The notes under the pieces were generated by a model that saw nothing but the letters and a program-made list of their open reading frames with translations, was not told the DNA's origin and made no database searches. A stretch of DNA of 64,000 bases from Candidatus Hydrogenedens sp. (GTDB lineage: Bacteria; Hydrogenedentota; Hydrogenedentia; Hydrogenedentales; Hydrogenedentaceae), in NCBI GenBank assembly GCA_049968235.1, contig JBMFRC010000006.1:64001-128000 (forward strand). The letters run 5' to 3'. Shown in pieces: positions 28,461 through 39,337 of this stretch. Positions within the stretch are counted from its first letter, which is position 1, and every line of letters begins with the position of its first letter. The translations under genes and the position numbers were made by a program.

Positions 28461-30182
28461 ATGTCCGATGGTCCATATATGAATAATGAAGAAAATAAAG
28501 AATGCTGTGGTAGAGATTTTATACATCAAATTATTGATGAAGATTTAAAGAGTGGAAGATACACGGGTGTAGTAACGCGTTTTCCACCGGAACCCAATGG
28601 GTATCTACATATCGGACATGCGAAATCTATATGTTTAAATTTCGGTCTTGCGGAAGAATATAAAGGAAGATGTCATCTTCGATACGATGATACAAATCCA
28701 TTAAAAGAAGAGCAAGAATATATTGATGCGATTCGTGAAGATGTAAAATGGTTGGGCTTTGACTGGGGAAAACATGAATATTATGCCTCTGATTATTTTG
28801 AACAACTTTATGAATGGGCTATTGATTTAATTAAAAAAGGTAAAGCCTATGTTTGTGATTTATCATCGGAGGAAGTGAGGGCATATCGGGGAACATTAAC
28901 AGAACCTGGTAAAGAAAGTCCATATCGCAATAGGTCCATAGAGGAAAATTTAGATCTTTTCCAGAGAATGAGAGCAGGCGAATTCCCCGATGGTTCGCGA
29001 ACACTTCGTGCAAAAATTGATATGGCTTCACCTAATTTAAACATGCGTGACCCGATAATGTATCGTATTATACGAGCAACTCATCCACGAACAGGTGATA
29101 AATGGTGTATTTATCCCATGTATGATTTTGCTCATGGTCAATCCGATTCTATTGAAGGTATAACGCATTCTATCTGTACATTGGAATTTGAAGACCACCG
29201 TCCTTTATATGACTGGTTTATAAAAGAAATTGGGATATATGCTCCTCGACAGATTGAATTTGCTCGATTAAACCTAACATATACAGTTATGAGTAAAAGG
29301 AGACTTCTTGAACTTGTTCGTGAGGGATATGTTCGTGGTTGGGATGACCCAAGAATGCCTACCATATCCGGATTGAGAAGAAGAGGTTATACCCCTGAAT
29401 CTATTCGTCAATTTTGCAAATTAATTGGTGTAGCCAAAGCAGATAATACCGTAGATATAGCCTTACTTGAATATTGTATTCGTGAGGATTTAAATAAGAA
29501 AGCCAATAGATATATGGCGGTTCTAAATCCTCTAAAAGTAGTCATTGAAAACTATCCTGATGACCTTACTGAAGAAATGGATGCAGTAAATAATCCGGAA
29601 GACCCCTCTGCTGGAACAAGAAAAGTTCCATTTTCAAAGGTAATATACATTGAACAAGATGATTTTATGGAAAATCCACATCCAAAATTCTATCGACTAT
29701 CACCCGGAAAAGAAGTTCGGTTAAGATATGCTTACTTTATAAAATGCACAGATGTAATAAAAGATGAAAAGGGTAATATTATTGAATTGCGTTGCACATA
29801 TGACCCGAATACGAAAGGTGGAAACGCACCGGATGGCAGGAAAGTAAAGGCAACTTTACATTGGGTATCTGCCCGACATGCTTTTGACGCAGAAATCCGT
29901 TTATATGATTATCTTTTCCTGAAACCCGACCCCAGTGATGTCCCTGAAGGTTGCGATTGGAGAAGCAATATAAATCCAAATTCATTATTAGTGTTATCAA
30001 ACTGCAAATTAGAACCTGAATTAAAAAATCTCAGGACAGGCGAAAAGGTTCAATTTGAACGGCAGGGGTATTTCTGTGTTGACCCCGATTCAAACCCTGA
30101 AAAAATGGTATTTAATCGAACGGTAACTCTTAAAGATGAATGGGCAAAAATCAAATCCAGATTGAATTCGTCTTCGAAATAG
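28461..30182 (+). CDS. glnS: Glutaminyl-tRNA synthetase
   Basis: [24 protein letters not shown] (near-identical to the E. coli GlnRS HIGH region). VMSKR KMSKS-equivalent. C-terminal anticodon-binding beta-barrels. Confidence 0.9.
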   Translation: MSDGPYMNNEENKECCGRDFIHQIIDEDLKSGRYTGVVTRFPPEPNGYLHIGHAKSICLNFGLAEEYKGRCHLRYDDTNPLKEEQEYIDAIREDVKWLGFDWGKHEYYASDYFEQLYEWAIDLIKKGKAYVCDLSSEEVRAYRGTLTEPGKESPYRNRSIEENLDLFQRMRAGEFPDGSRTLRAKIDMASPNLNMRDPIMYRIIRATHPRTGDKWCIYPMYDFAHGQSDSIEGITHSICTLEFEDHRPLYDWFIKEIGIYAPRQIEFARLNLTYTVMSKRRLLELVREGYVRGWDDPRMPTISGLRRRGYTPESIRQFCKLIGVAKADNTVDIALLEYCIREDLNKKANRYMAVLNPLKVVIENYPDDLTEEMDAVNNPEDPSAGTRKVPFSKVIYIEQDDFMENPHPKFYRLSPGKEVRLRYAYFIKCTDVIKDEKGNIIELRCTYDPNTKGGNAPDGRKVKATLHWVSARHAFDAEIRLYDYLFLKPDPSDVPEGCDWRSNINPNSLLVLSNCKLEPELKNLRTGEKVQFERQGYFCVDPDSNPEKMVFNRTVTLKDEWAKIKSRLNSSSK

Positions 30183-30323
30183 TCTTATAGAAATAATTTT
30201 AAGGGTGATTCCATTAAAATTTTTTGTGATTTTTTACATTAATTTCATGCATAATTATTATAATACTGTTTTTCAGTGGTAGGTATAAATATATAAAAAA
30301 AACAATTAGGGAATTAAAATAAG

Positions 30324-33300
30324 ATGGGTAAATACAAGAATATGGTTGCACAATTATTATTCATTCTTTCAATTACTTTAACATCTTATTGCTTTTCACA
30401 GGATAATTTGAAAAATACTTCTTATTTAGAAAATTATTTTTTCCATTCTGAACAGAACAACCATTATTTTGCTTTTTCAAAAAATCAATACTTTGAAATT
30501 ACACCGGGTAGTCTAAAAATATGGATATGGAATCCTATAAAAAATGCCTTTTGTGAACCTGTAGAAATTTGTTTTCTTAACAATGAGAGTAATGCTGTCC
30601 TGGGAAGTGAAAAATCTGATGTAACATACAGTTATTATTCAGGAAATAATCCGGATAATTGGATACATAATAATTTTGCCTATAAGAAATTATGTATTCC
30701 CAACATTTACAAAGGAATTGACCTTGAATTTTACTTTAATAATCATGAGTTAGAGTTTGATTTCATCATTAACTCTCAAACAGATACTAATCAAATCCTT
30801 TGGAGAATCTGTGGGAATAATGTTGAATCACATATTGAAAACAATCAATTAGTTATTACAAATAACGAAGGCTATACATACACTTTTAGCATTCCAGAAA
30901 TATACAAATCCGCAATTAAAAATCCTGCGAGTATTCTTTCACATAATGTTTCTTTTTTAGATTTAGATGGGAATACATACCAAATCTATGTTGATATTCA
31001 TGATAGAAATTCCGAATTGCTTATAGACCCAATACTTACATTATCAACATATATAATTTTTCCGTCATCCAACTGGCCTTCTTCGCTATTTACCAAAATG
31101 TGTTTAGACTACTATAACAATATTGAGGATATTGCTTTAATAGGGGGAGCCATTGAATTTCCCGGTTCTTCTGGAACGGATGTATCAGGATTTTTATGTA
31201 AATTATCCCCACAATTAGGGAAAACACATCATATTGTTTTTATAAATGGAATGGGTGAAGATTATATAAATTTCGTTACTCATTTTATAAATATGATGAA
31301 TGAATTTATCGTTATAGGTGGGAAAACAAATTCTCTTAACTTTCCGACTGTTAACCCAGTCCAACCTTTAAATAGCATTCTGAACAGAAATGGAACATCT
31401 GGTGAATTTGATGGTTTTCTTATGATGTTTGACAAAGACCTAAGGATAACTTTTTCTACTTTTGTCGGTGGGAGTGGATATGACTCTATTGAAGATATTA
31501 ACATTAACACCAATAATTTATTTTTTGCAGGGAATACAAATTCTACTGATTTACCTCTGGTAAATTCTTCATTAAAAACTCAAAAAGGACTACTTGCAGA
31601 TGGTTTCTGGGGTATACTGAAACTTACGGACCCATTGGAGTGTCGATATATAACAAAATTAGGCATAGATGGCATTGAAATCAAGGATATTGAATCATAT
31701 TCAACAATTATATATCTTTGTGGAAATACAAGCGTAGGTTTACCGTATTTTAACCCAATAGTCCCGGAAACACCTGTTCAAGGGCAGGACATCTTTATTC
31801 AAACTTATTCATATTCTGAAGGCACAACAATCCCTGATATTAGTTTATTATCTTCTTTATTCTTAGGCGGTTCGGATAATGATATATTGGAAAAATCTAT
31901 TCTTCTGAATACAAATACCCTTTGTTTGGCAGGGAATACATATTCAAATGATTTGCCAGAACCTGTCATTTCGACAATACCTGAAAAAATACCTGAAAAA
32001 ACTTATCCTTTTCTTATATTAGTTAATCCAACAGTAACTCAAAAATTAATAGGTACTCACTATATCTTTGGTAATGGAACCGATATAATAACTGATATAA
32101 AAACACCTAGTACCGATTCAAGCACATTTTTCATTGTAGGTTATACCAATAGTTATTTTGAAAATTTTAATTGGAATAACACCGAATTTACTTCCAATCC
32201 GTTTGATACCTCGCTCAATAATGGGGCAAATGAAAACTTTGATGCAATGGTATGGAGACTTCAATGGAACAGCATAGAAAATACAATCACGCCTACATGG
32301 GGAACATTTTTAGGGGGAACTTTAAATGATACAGCATTGTCCATAGGTACTGTTGATAGTAATCACATTTGCTTTTCGGGTATAACAAATTCTCCTGATT
32401 TCCCATTACAGGGGTGTCAAACTATAGCACCAGCATATTTACCAAGCCATTATTTATCTGCTTTTAATATATCGGGTAAAGTTATATATGTAAATCCTGA
32501 CAGTTCTGTTGATCCCACTGATGGCAGTTCATGGGAAAAAGGTTACCATACTATTTCAGAAGCCATTAGTTCTGCTAACAACTATGATGAAATATGGATA
32601 AAATCTGGATATTACAATGAAAGGCTTACAATTAATGGATTTTCAAATCTTATCTTGCGAGGTGGTTTTTCAGGTTTAGAAACGAATATAGATGAAATAA
32701 ATCCATGGGAAAATCCAACAAAGATTTCCCCTATACAGGTAAAAGGAACGGGAAACTTAGGAACACCCACCTTAAATATTACATCGTGCATGAATATTGT
32801 ATTAAATGGACTTGTTTTTGAAAGTGGAACTAATATACTTGGTGATGGTGGAGCCATAAATATTTCTAATTCCACTGTTCGTATCCTATGTTCTCAATTT
32901 TACAAAAACAATTCAAATGGGAACGGTGGGGCTATCTATATTAATAATTCGTATGCAAACATCGCAAACTGTGTATTTGTTCAGAATTCTTGTTCAGGAA
33001 ACGGTTCGGGTATTTCTGCTAACGAATCTACAGTTAAAATTATACATTGCACATTTGCTAACAATTTTAATTCCGTTAGCGAAGATGTTAGCACTGTAGA
33101 CATTCAAGGTTCTACATCTATGCTAATGATACTCAACTCTATAATCTGGGCTAATGAGGGAAATACTCATGTTCAGATAAATTATCCTGAAATTATTCCT
33201 CCTGTAAATCTTCTATTCAGCCATTCAATTATCCAAAATTTCAGTTTATTATCTACACCACCATCACCCAATACCGTACTTGATACTAACCCTCTATTTA

Positions 33301-35957
33301 TTGAGAACCCGTCCGAAACAACACCTGGCGACTTAAATTTAAATCTGGAATCACCAGCGGTAAATCTTGCTGACCCAATCTCACTTACAATAGAATACGG
33401 TGCTGTTAATGAAGATATTCGTCGCAAACCGCGAATATTTATGGGAGAGAGTTGTAAACCTGATGCAGGAGCCTTCGAAATATTTCCTGCTCCCACACCT
33501 GTAATCACACTCTTGGGCGATAATCCCTTATATTTAACTATAAATAATCCCTACATTGAACCTGGATATGTATCTAAAGATGGATGTGATGTTGATATAA
33601 CATTTTTAGTAGATGTTACTTCCAATGTAAATACAGAACAGACAGGAGAATACACTGTAGAGTATTCGGTAATAAGTCCGTATGACCAGGGACAGATAAT
33701 AAAAGCAATCCGGAGAGTTATAGTCATCACTGCTTCATCGCAAATCATCCTTAACGGACCATCCGATGTGGTAATAGAATGTGGAAACTTTTTTATTGAC
33801 CCCGGTGCAGTAGCATTTGATTTATTGGGGAATAATATTTCCAATGAAATTATTGTTACGGATAATGTTGATTATTCAACTCCTGGAACATATACCATAG
33901 AATATAGTGTAACAGAGACAGAAAGCCATCCTGCCCTTCATGCTGTAAGAAATATAACGGTTCAGGATACAACTCCCCCAATACTTATTCTAATAGGTCC
34001 TCCGCAGATTACCATTCCTTGTGGTTCAACATGGTCTGACCCGGGATACATTGCATTTGACCAATGTTCACTTAATAATGTGCAGGTAAATGTAACAGGT
34101 AGTGTAAACACTTCTGCCACTGGAACCTATACGATTACTTACACTGCCTATGATGAGAACGAACATACATCCACTCTCACAAGAAAAGTCGTTGTTGATT
34201 GCAATATTCCTCAATTACAACAATGCCAGAATCAATGTTCTAATGATACTTCTCCTGTAGATAACGATGGAGATGGTCTATCATTTTGTATAGAGACTTG
34301 TTTGGGGACATCCGACCAGGATATAGATAGCGATGATGATAGTATGCCGGATTATTTTGAAGCAACATATAACTTAAATCCACTATTTAATGATGCGAAG
34401 GAAGATGCAGATTTAGATGGATTATCAAATCTTGAAGAATTTCTTACAAAGACCAATCCTATTGATTCCAATTCTCCATGGGAAGCCCATTATGTATCTA
34501 ATTCTGGCGATGACGATAATCCCGGGACATTGCAGTCCCCTCGTGCTACTATAACAACTACTCTTGGCAATATTAATACAAATCAAAATAAACAATCCTC
34601 TATTGTGCTGTTTCCAGGGAATTATTATGAAGATATTGTTTTATCAGAAAATATTGTTTTAATTGGAATCACAGCCTACGGTGAAAATAACAGACCTGTT
34701 ATCTACGGAAAAATTACGGGGGCTAATGGAGCAAAAATTTATAATGTTGATATAAAATCCAGTACAACCTCACCTGCAATAATTCCTGTTAAAGCCGAAG
34801 TTGAGAAGCCCATACTTCTGAATTGTGGTAATACTTCCATGCATATACGAAATGTCCGCTTTTTAGGTACAGGTTCGGAGATAGGTATATCTGTAGAAGG
34901 TGGAAATTGCTATAACACCATTATAGAGAGATGCCTCTTCCAGGATTTAAGTATTGGAATTCTAATAGGTGATAGTATCCCTGTTATCAGGAGATGCATT
35001 TTTAAATCATCACTTTCAACAAAAACTGATTCAACAGGTATTTATATTGAAGATAATTCAGGAAGTTACAATCCATCCAATTCTTTAGGTGATGTTAATG
35101 ACCCCAATACAGGTTGGAATACATTTAATCTTAATGGAGGAAAAGCGATAGTATGTAAAAGAGCCGAGGAGATTAAGGCTCATAACAATGACTGGGGAAC
35201 AGAGGATAGTGGAGAAATTTTAAATCAAGTTGAAGGAAATTTAGATACCCAATATTATCTGGGGAAAGGTAAAGCCATGATTGCTTCTTCACTTGCATGT
35301 GTTGTGTGGAATGCCAATAACAGAGACCCTATCATCAACGCCACGGTAGCAATAAATCCTTCTGTCTATCCACCATTAACACAAAATACAAAAGGCGTTT
35401 ATACTTTCTCATCCATTCCATCAGGGACCTATACCATAACAATATCTGCCCCTAATTTTTTAACACGACAGATTAATACAAATATACCTGAAGGAGATTT
35501 AAAATCTGAATCTGTAGCATTAAAACCTGTTGAAGGTGAAGGAACGGCTGATGGAGAAGGAACTACCGAAGGAATTCAAGAAGGTTCTACGGAAGGAACA
35601 ACTGAAGGTGAAAAAGAAATATTAATTCCTGATGTAAGAGGAATGTCTGTAGAGGAAGCAACTCAAGTATTAAATTCTGCAGGACTTCGTGTTTCAAATA
35701 CTATAAAAGAAGAATATAACCAGGAAGTTTCCAGAGGGAAAGTTACTCGAACGGAACCAGCAATCGGGACAAAAGTAGTCCAAAATACAGAAATAACTCT
35801 GGTAGTTAGTAAGGGGGCAAAAAGAAGATTTATTATTTCCTGTGGTCCTAATTACAATAGAAACTCGTATTGGGGCGATATAATCATTTGTATCTTTGCA
35901 TCCACCTTGCTTTTGTACAATCGTCCAGGAAAAGTATCTATAAATAAGAACAAATAA
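30324..35957 (+). CDS. Giant (1877 aa) multidomain surface protein: SBBP repeats, right-handed beta-helix, 3x DUF5011 Ig-like, TSP3-type Ca-binding repeats, second beta-helix, CarboxypepD_reg-like, EG-repeat linker, C-terminal PASTA domain + hydrophobic tail
   Basis: Signal peptide. SBBP repeats (NTNSLNFPT.., NTNSTDLPL..). Beta-helix repeats (GGAINISNSTVRI, GGAIYINNSYANI, NGSGISANESTVKI). DUF5011-like units (PVITLLGDNP...GEYTVEYSV, GTYTIEYSVTE, GTYTITYTAYDE). DNDGDGLS/DIDSDDDSMPD/DADLDGLSN Ca-binding loops. PASTA (IPDVRGMSVEEATQVLNSAGL...TEITLVVSKG). Confidence 0.75.
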   Translation: MGKYKNMVAQLLFILSITLTSYCFSQDNLKNTSYLENYFFHSEQNNHYFAFSKNQYFEITPGSLKIWIWNPIKNAFCEPVEICFLNNESNAVLGSEKSDVTYSYYSGNNPDNWIHNNFAYKKLCIPNIYKGIDLEFYFNNHELEFDFIINSQTDTNQILWRICGNNVESHIENNQLVITNNEGYTYTFSIPEIYKSAIKNPASILSHNVSFLDLDGNTYQIYVDIHDRNSELLIDPILTLSTYIIFPSSNWPSSLFTKMCLDYYNNIEDIALIGGAIEFPGSSGTDVSGFLCKLSPQLGKTHHIVFINGMGEDYINFVTHFINMMNEFIVIGGKTNSLNFPTVNPVQPLNSILNRNGTSGEFDGFLMMFDKDLRITFSTFVGGSGYDSIEDININTNNLFFAGNTNSTDLPLVNSSLKTQKGLLADGFWGILKLTDPLECRYITKLGIDGIEIKDIESYSTIIYLCGNTSVGLPYFNPIVPETPVQGQDIFIQTYSYSEGTTIPDISLLSSLFLGGSDNDILEKSILLNTNTLCLAGNTYSNDLPEPVISTIPEKIPEKTYPFLILVNPTVTQKLIGTHYIFGNGTDIITDIKTPSTDSSTFFIVGYTNSYFENFNWNNTEFTSNPFDTSLNNGANENFDAMVWRLQWNSIENTITPTWGTFLGGTLNDTALSIGTVDSNHICFSGITNSPDFPLQGCQTIAPAYLPSHYLSAFNISGKVIYVNPDSSVDPTDGSSWEKGYHTISEAISSANNYDEIWIKSGYYNERLTINGFSNLILRGGFSGLETNIDEINPWENPTKISPIQVKGTGNLGTPTLNITSCMNIVLNGLVFESGTNILGDGGAINISNSTVRILCSQFYKNNSNGNGGAIYINNSYANIANCVFVQNSCSGNGSGISANESTVKIIHCTFANNFNSVSEDVSTVDIQGSTSMLMILNSIIWANEGNTHVQINYPEIIPPVNLLFSHSIIQNFSLLSTPPSPNTVLDTNPLFIENPSETTPGDLNLNLESPAVNLADPISLTIEYGAVNEDIRRKPRIFMGESCKPDAGAFEIFPAPTPVITLLGDNPLYLTINNPYIEPGYVSKDGCDVDITFLVDVTSNVNTEQTGEYTVEYSVISPYDQGQIIKAIRRVIVITASSQIILNGPSDVVIECGNFFIDPGAVAFDLLGNNISNEIIVTDNVDYSTPGTYTIEYSVTETESHPALHAVRNITVQDTTPPILILIGPPQITIPCGSTWSDPGYIAFDQCSLNNVQVNVTGSVNTSATGTYTITYTAYDENEHTSTLTRKVVVDCNIPQLQQCQNQCSNDTSPVDNDGDGLSFCIETCLGTSDQDIDSDDDSMPDYFEATYNLNPLFNDAKEDADLDGLSNLEEFLTKTNPIDSNSPWEAHYVSNSGDDDNPGTLQSPRATITTTLGNINTNQNKQSSIVLFPGNYYEDIVLSENIVLIGITAYGENNRPVIYGKITGANGAKIYNVDIKSSTTSPAIIPVKAEVEKPILLNCGNTSMHIRNVRFLGTGSEIGISVEGGNCYNTIIERCLFQDLSIGILIGDSIPVIRRCIFKSSLSTKTDSTGIYIEDNSGSYNPSNSLGDVNDPNTGWNTFNLNGGKAIVCKRAEEIKAHNNDWGTEDSGEILNQVEGNLDTQYYLGKGKAMIASSLACVVWNANNRDPIINATVAINPSVYPPLTQNTKGVYTFSSIPSGTYTITISAPNFLTRQINTNIPEGDLKSESVALKPVEGEGTADGEGTTEGIQEGSTEGTTEGEKEILIPDVRGMSVEEATQVLNSAGLRVSNTIKEEYNQEVSRGKVTRTEPAIGTKVVQNTEITLVVSKGAKRRFIISCGPNYNRNSYWGDIIICIFASTLLLYNRPGKVSINKNK
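35530..35612 (+). repeat. 12-nt tandem coding repeat (xEGx)n, block 3
   Basis: Encodes VEGEGTADGEGTTEGIQEGSTEGTTEGE. Same gaagg 12-mer periodicity as in the 14315..17698 gene. Confidence 0.6.
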
Positions 35958-35974
35958 TCCGACTTATCGTTTTT

Positions 35975-37021
35975 TTAAGGCTCAGATTTTTTGTTGTGCT
36001 GTTTCTTTTTAATTGCCTTACGGTAATGCATAACCGCATCTGTGTGGGTATCAATATCTTTACTAAATGTATGTGTCCTCCCATCTGCATTAGATACAAA
36101 ATAAAGATATTCCCCTAATTCAGGAAATAAAGCAGAGCGTAAACTGGTAAGACCGGGATTTGATATAGGAGTAGGAGGTAAACCTTTATATTTATAGGTA
36201 TTATATGGGGAATCCACTTCCTTATCGGCATTGGTTAGTAATACTCCATATTTTTGATTGGCATATTGCAATGTCGCATCAATTTGGAGAGGCATGTCTT
36301 TCTTTAATCGATTATATATAACTTGTGCAATAAGAGGTCGTTCTTCATCTATTTTTGCTTCTTCTTCAATTAAAGAGGCTATTATAACTTTTTGATATTT
36401 CTCTTCATTGGAAAGTTCAAAGCCATTTTCCTCCATCAATTTTTTCCATTCTTTATCAAACTGACTAATCATTACATCAGCAAGGGTTTTAGCATCAGGT
36501 ATCTCTTCAAATAGATATGTCCCCGGCATTAAAAATCCTTCTACGGTAGGACCCGCGATATTTTTCTCTTTTGCATACTCACTAGAATTTACAATTTTTA
36601 GAAATTCTTCCGGGTCTGGAGCAATCATTGATATTTGTTTATTTGTTAAACCCTCCGGAACAGTTATTTTATATGCACATATAGGACGAATAGGACCTTT
36701 TAGTAGAAGTTCATATATTTGTTGAACAGAATATCCTTTGGGAATAGAATATATACCATATTTTATATCTTTATCCCCTCCTTTTATTCTTAACAAGGCT
36801 AAAAAGAAAATTTCATGGGGAATAAGTCCTTTTTCTTTAAGTAGAAACGCAATATCTTGTGCGGTGTTTCCTTTATTTACGGTTATTTCAACAGGTTCTC
36901 CCGGAACCCCTTCCCTTACTATATATACATACCCCCCTGCAATAACAATGCCCATTACCAATAATAAACATATCACTATAAATAAACCCACAAGTAATAT
37001 TTTTAATATGATTCTTTTCAT
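35975..37021 (-). CDS. mltG: Endolytic murein transglycosylase MltG (YceG-like)
   Basis: N-terminal TM anchor then YceG domain (LYFVSNADGRTHTFSKDIDTHTDAV C-terminal catalytic region). Confidence 0.85.
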   Translation of the reverse strand: MKRIILKILLVGLFIVICLLLVMGIVIAGGYVYIVREGVPGEPVEITVNKGNTAQDIAFLLKEKGLIPHEIFFLALLRIKGGDKDIKYGIYSIPKGYSVQQIYELLLKGPIRPICAYKITVPEGLTNKQISMIAPDPEEFLKIVNSSEYAKEKNIAGPTVEGFLMPGTYLFEEIPDAKTLADVMISQFDKEWKKLMEENGFELSNEEKYQKVIIASLIEEEAKIDEERPLIAQVIYNRLKKDMPLQIDATLQYANQKYGVLLTNADKEVDSPYNTYKYKGLPPTPISNPGLTSLRSALFPELGEYLYFVSNADGRTHTFSKDIDTHTDAVMHYRKAIKKKQHNKKSEP

Positions 37022-37032
37022 ATCTCTACTTT

Positions 37033-37458
37033 TTATTTACTTTTATGCAATTCTAGATATGTTTCTAATAGTTTTGCAGCTGCAATTTTATCAATAATAC
37101 CTCTCTGTTTTTTTTGTCCTACGCCGATGTTTGTCAACGCTCGTTGGGCTACAGTAGTTGTTAACCTTTCATCTATCTTTTCAATGTCTACATTAATTTT
37201 TCCTTTGATTTCTTCTATAAAACTTTTCACTTTTTCCGTTTGTATCCCTTCACTTCCATCCATTTTTAAGGGATAACCAATAATCACTTTTTTTACCTCT
37301 TTTTCTTTAATAATCTCCTGTATTGTTTTGATGAAATCTGTGGTTTTCCGCAAATCTATTACCATCAGCGGAAATGCAAAAATCCGGAGTGGGTCACTTA
37401 TGGCAAGTCCTATGCGAACTTCACCATAATCAATTGCAAGTATTCTTCCTTCTTCCAA
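37033..37458 (-). CDS. ruvX: Holliday-junction resolvase-like nuclease RuvX/YqgF
   Basis: ILAIDYGEVRIGLAISD matches the RuvX N-terminal motif. The track ORF (to 37560) adds 34 non-homologous residues. An in-frame TTG at 37458 preceded by AAAGGA RBS gives a typical 141-aa RuvX. Confidence 0.7.
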   Translation of the reverse strand: MEEGRILAIDYGEVRIGLAISDPLRIFAFPLMVIDLRKTTDFIKTIQEIIKEKEVKKVIIGYPLKMDGSEGIQTEKVKSFIEEIKGKINVDIEKIDERLTTTVAQRALTNIGVGQKKQRGIIDKIAAAKLLETYLELHKSK

Positions 37459-37558
37459 TTCAGGTTCCTTTCTTATTTTAATATTTAAACATTTTATTTT
37501 ATAATTGTATAAATCTGTTAATTTTTCACAAGAATTATAACGCTCTTGGGAGTTTTTC

Positions 37559-38239
37559 ATGCATATCGAAGATAGACCTATTCATTTTTCAGTTGAATTG
37601 ATACACAATCCGACACCTATAAATAAAGAAATTTTACAAAGATTTTACTATGATTTAATCGGTTCACCTGTTTCCTATGACAGTATTGATTTTAGTTTTC
37701 CTATGCAAACACGATTTTACTCAACACGAGGGAATCGAAGCCAATCCATGGTTCTTTTTCTTTTAGACCGCAGTATAATTATAGAAGAATGGACAACCAT
37801 CACTTTTAATGAATTCCTGAATAAAGTTAATGAATTAGGACCCAAAATATTACAGGTTAGAAATCAAATGGCTTTTCTCGCTCATACTGGGACTTTACGC
37901 TCAACTTTTGCACTAACTCGATATGACGATGCAAAGTCTTTTATTGTAGAAAAATTATTAAATCAATCCCAGGAACTGATGATTGACCATTTTGGACGAC
38001 CCTTAGCAACAACGGGAATACGATTTGTTTTTCCGGAATCAAACGATACTCCCGGAATATATCATGTGCTAATTGAATCTTTTCGCCACAGTAAAAAAGA
38101 ACTATTTGTTGAAGTACGGGGGATTTTTGGAAGGCAACCTGTCTCGGCACAAAATATAGATCTGATAATTGAAAATTTAAAAGAAATGCGTGAATTCCTT
38201 ACTCAACGATTACAGCCTTATCTAAATCAATACGATTAA
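37559..38239 (+). CDS. Hypothetical protein
   Basis: 226-aa ORF with ATG start, no recognisable motif, coding-like composition. Confidence 0.5.
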   Translation: MHIEDRPIHFSVELIHNPTPINKEILQRFYYDLIGSPVSYDSIDFSFPMQTRFYSTRGNRSQSMVLFLLDRSIIIEEWTTITFNEFLNKVNELGPKILQVRNQMAFLAHTGTLRSTFALTRYDDAKSFIVEKLLNQSQELMIDHFGRPLATTGIRFVFPESNDTPGIYHVLIESFRHSKKELFVEVRGIFGRQPVSAQNIDLIIENLKEMREFLTQRLQPYLNQYD

Positions 38240-38242
38240 TCT

Positions 38243-39223
38243 TTACCATCCCCGTAAACGATATACATCAAGAGGTTCTCTATCTGTTGGTAAAGGAGGT
38301 TGATAAGACAGTTTTGAAATCTCTTCCCGTTGTTCAATCGATAGATTCAAATCAATACATGGTATTACCTCTTTGAATTGTTCCAGAGTTCTTGCCCCTA
38401 ACAAAATAGATGTAACAATAGGATTGCTTTTTACCCAACTTGCTGACAGAACAGCAGGTGAATAACCTTTCTCCTCCGCATAATGGACAAATTTTCGGGT
38501 TATTTCTTCATACATGGGGTTATTGTAACGCTGTTGATACATCTTATTTTCATTTAATCTCCCCTTCTCTCCTTTTAAATATTTTCCGGTCAACATACCT
38601 GCACCCAGAACATTATAGGGTATAACTGCCAGACTCTCATGTTTGGCTAAGGGTAATATTTCTACTTCTACCTGTCTTTTAATAAGGCTATACATAGGTT
38701 GGATACATATAACGGGTGCATAATGGAATTCTCTTGATACTGCAATTGTCTTCATTATTTGCCATGCAGAGAAGTTAGAAATACCCATATAAAGGACTTT
38801 TCCCTGCATGATTAATGTATGTACTGCTTCTAAAGAATACTCTATGGATGTGTATTCATCCCAATGATGGAGATAAAGTATATCAAGATATTCTGTATTT
38901 AATCTTCGTAAAGATTCTTCTACAGATTGTATAATGTTTTTCTTTGATAATCCTTCATTATTTATCCCTTTTTGGGAGGGGAAAAATACCTTCGTTGCAA
39001 GAATAATATCTTTTCGACTGTTACCTATCCATTCTCCTACAATCTTTTCTGTTTCTCCTTTATTGTAATTATGAGCAGTATCAAAGAAGTTTATACCAAT
39101 ATCATAGGCATAGTCCATAATTTTGAAACTAACATCTTTATCTGCCTCATTACCAAATGTCATTGTCCCCAGACATATCTCAGAAACTTTCAGACCTGAT
39201 TTCCCTAATGGAACATATTTCAT
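38243..39223 (-). CDS. Aldo/keto reductase (cytoplasmic)
   Basis: AKR catalytic tetrad context (DTAHNY, K in LATKVF, HHWD). 326 aa. Confidence 0.85.
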   Translation of the reverse strand: MKYVPLGKSGLKVSEICLGTMTFGNEADKDVSFKIMDYAYDIGINFFDTAHNYNKGETEKIVGEWIGNSRKDIILATKVFFPSQKGINNEGLSKKNIIQSVEESLRRLNTEYLDILYLHHWDEYTSIEYSLEAVHTLIMQGKVLYMGISNFSAWQIMKTIAVSREFHYAPVICIQPMYSLIKRQVEVEILPLAKHESLAVIPYNVLGAGMLTGKYLKGEKGRLNENKMYQQRYNNPMYEEITRKFVHYAEEKGYSPAVLSASWVKSNPIVTSILLGARTLEQFKEVIPCIDLNLSIEQREEISKLSYQPPLPTDREPLDVYRLRGW

Positions 39224-39263
39224 AGATTATCTCCCTCATAAAAAATCTTACATAAAGAGAAAG

Positions 39264-39337
39264 TGGCGGCGCAGGGATTCGAACCCCGGACACGCGGATT
39301 ATGATTCCGCTGCTCTAACCAACTGAGCTACGCCGCC
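39264..39337 (-). tRNA. tRNA-Met (anticodon CAT), elongator type
   Basis: Reverse complement GGCGGCGTAGCTCAGTTGGTTAGAGCAGCGGAATCATAATCCGCGTGTCCGGGGTTCGAATCCCTGCGCCGCCA folds as a cloverleaf with anticodon loop AT-CAT-AA. G1-C72 paired, and no GGG/CCC anticodon stem, so not initiator. tRNA-Ile2 (lysidine CAU) cannot be excluded. CCA not encoded. Confidence 0.85.

Noticed and set aside
39123-39326. 67-aa ORF (TTG start) overlapping the tRNA-Met locus on the opposite strand
   Set aside because: It covers a canonical tRNA cloverleaf on the other strand. The Arg/Lys-rich translation is a by-product of the tRNA sequence.
39264-39337. Possibility that the CAT-anticodon tRNA is the initiator tRNA-fMet
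   Set aside because: Position 1-72 is a G-C pair (bacterial initiators have a 1-72 mismatch). The anticodon stem lacks the three consecutive G-C pairs. The D/T arms match elongator tRNA-Met. tRNA-Ile2 (lysidine) remains possible.
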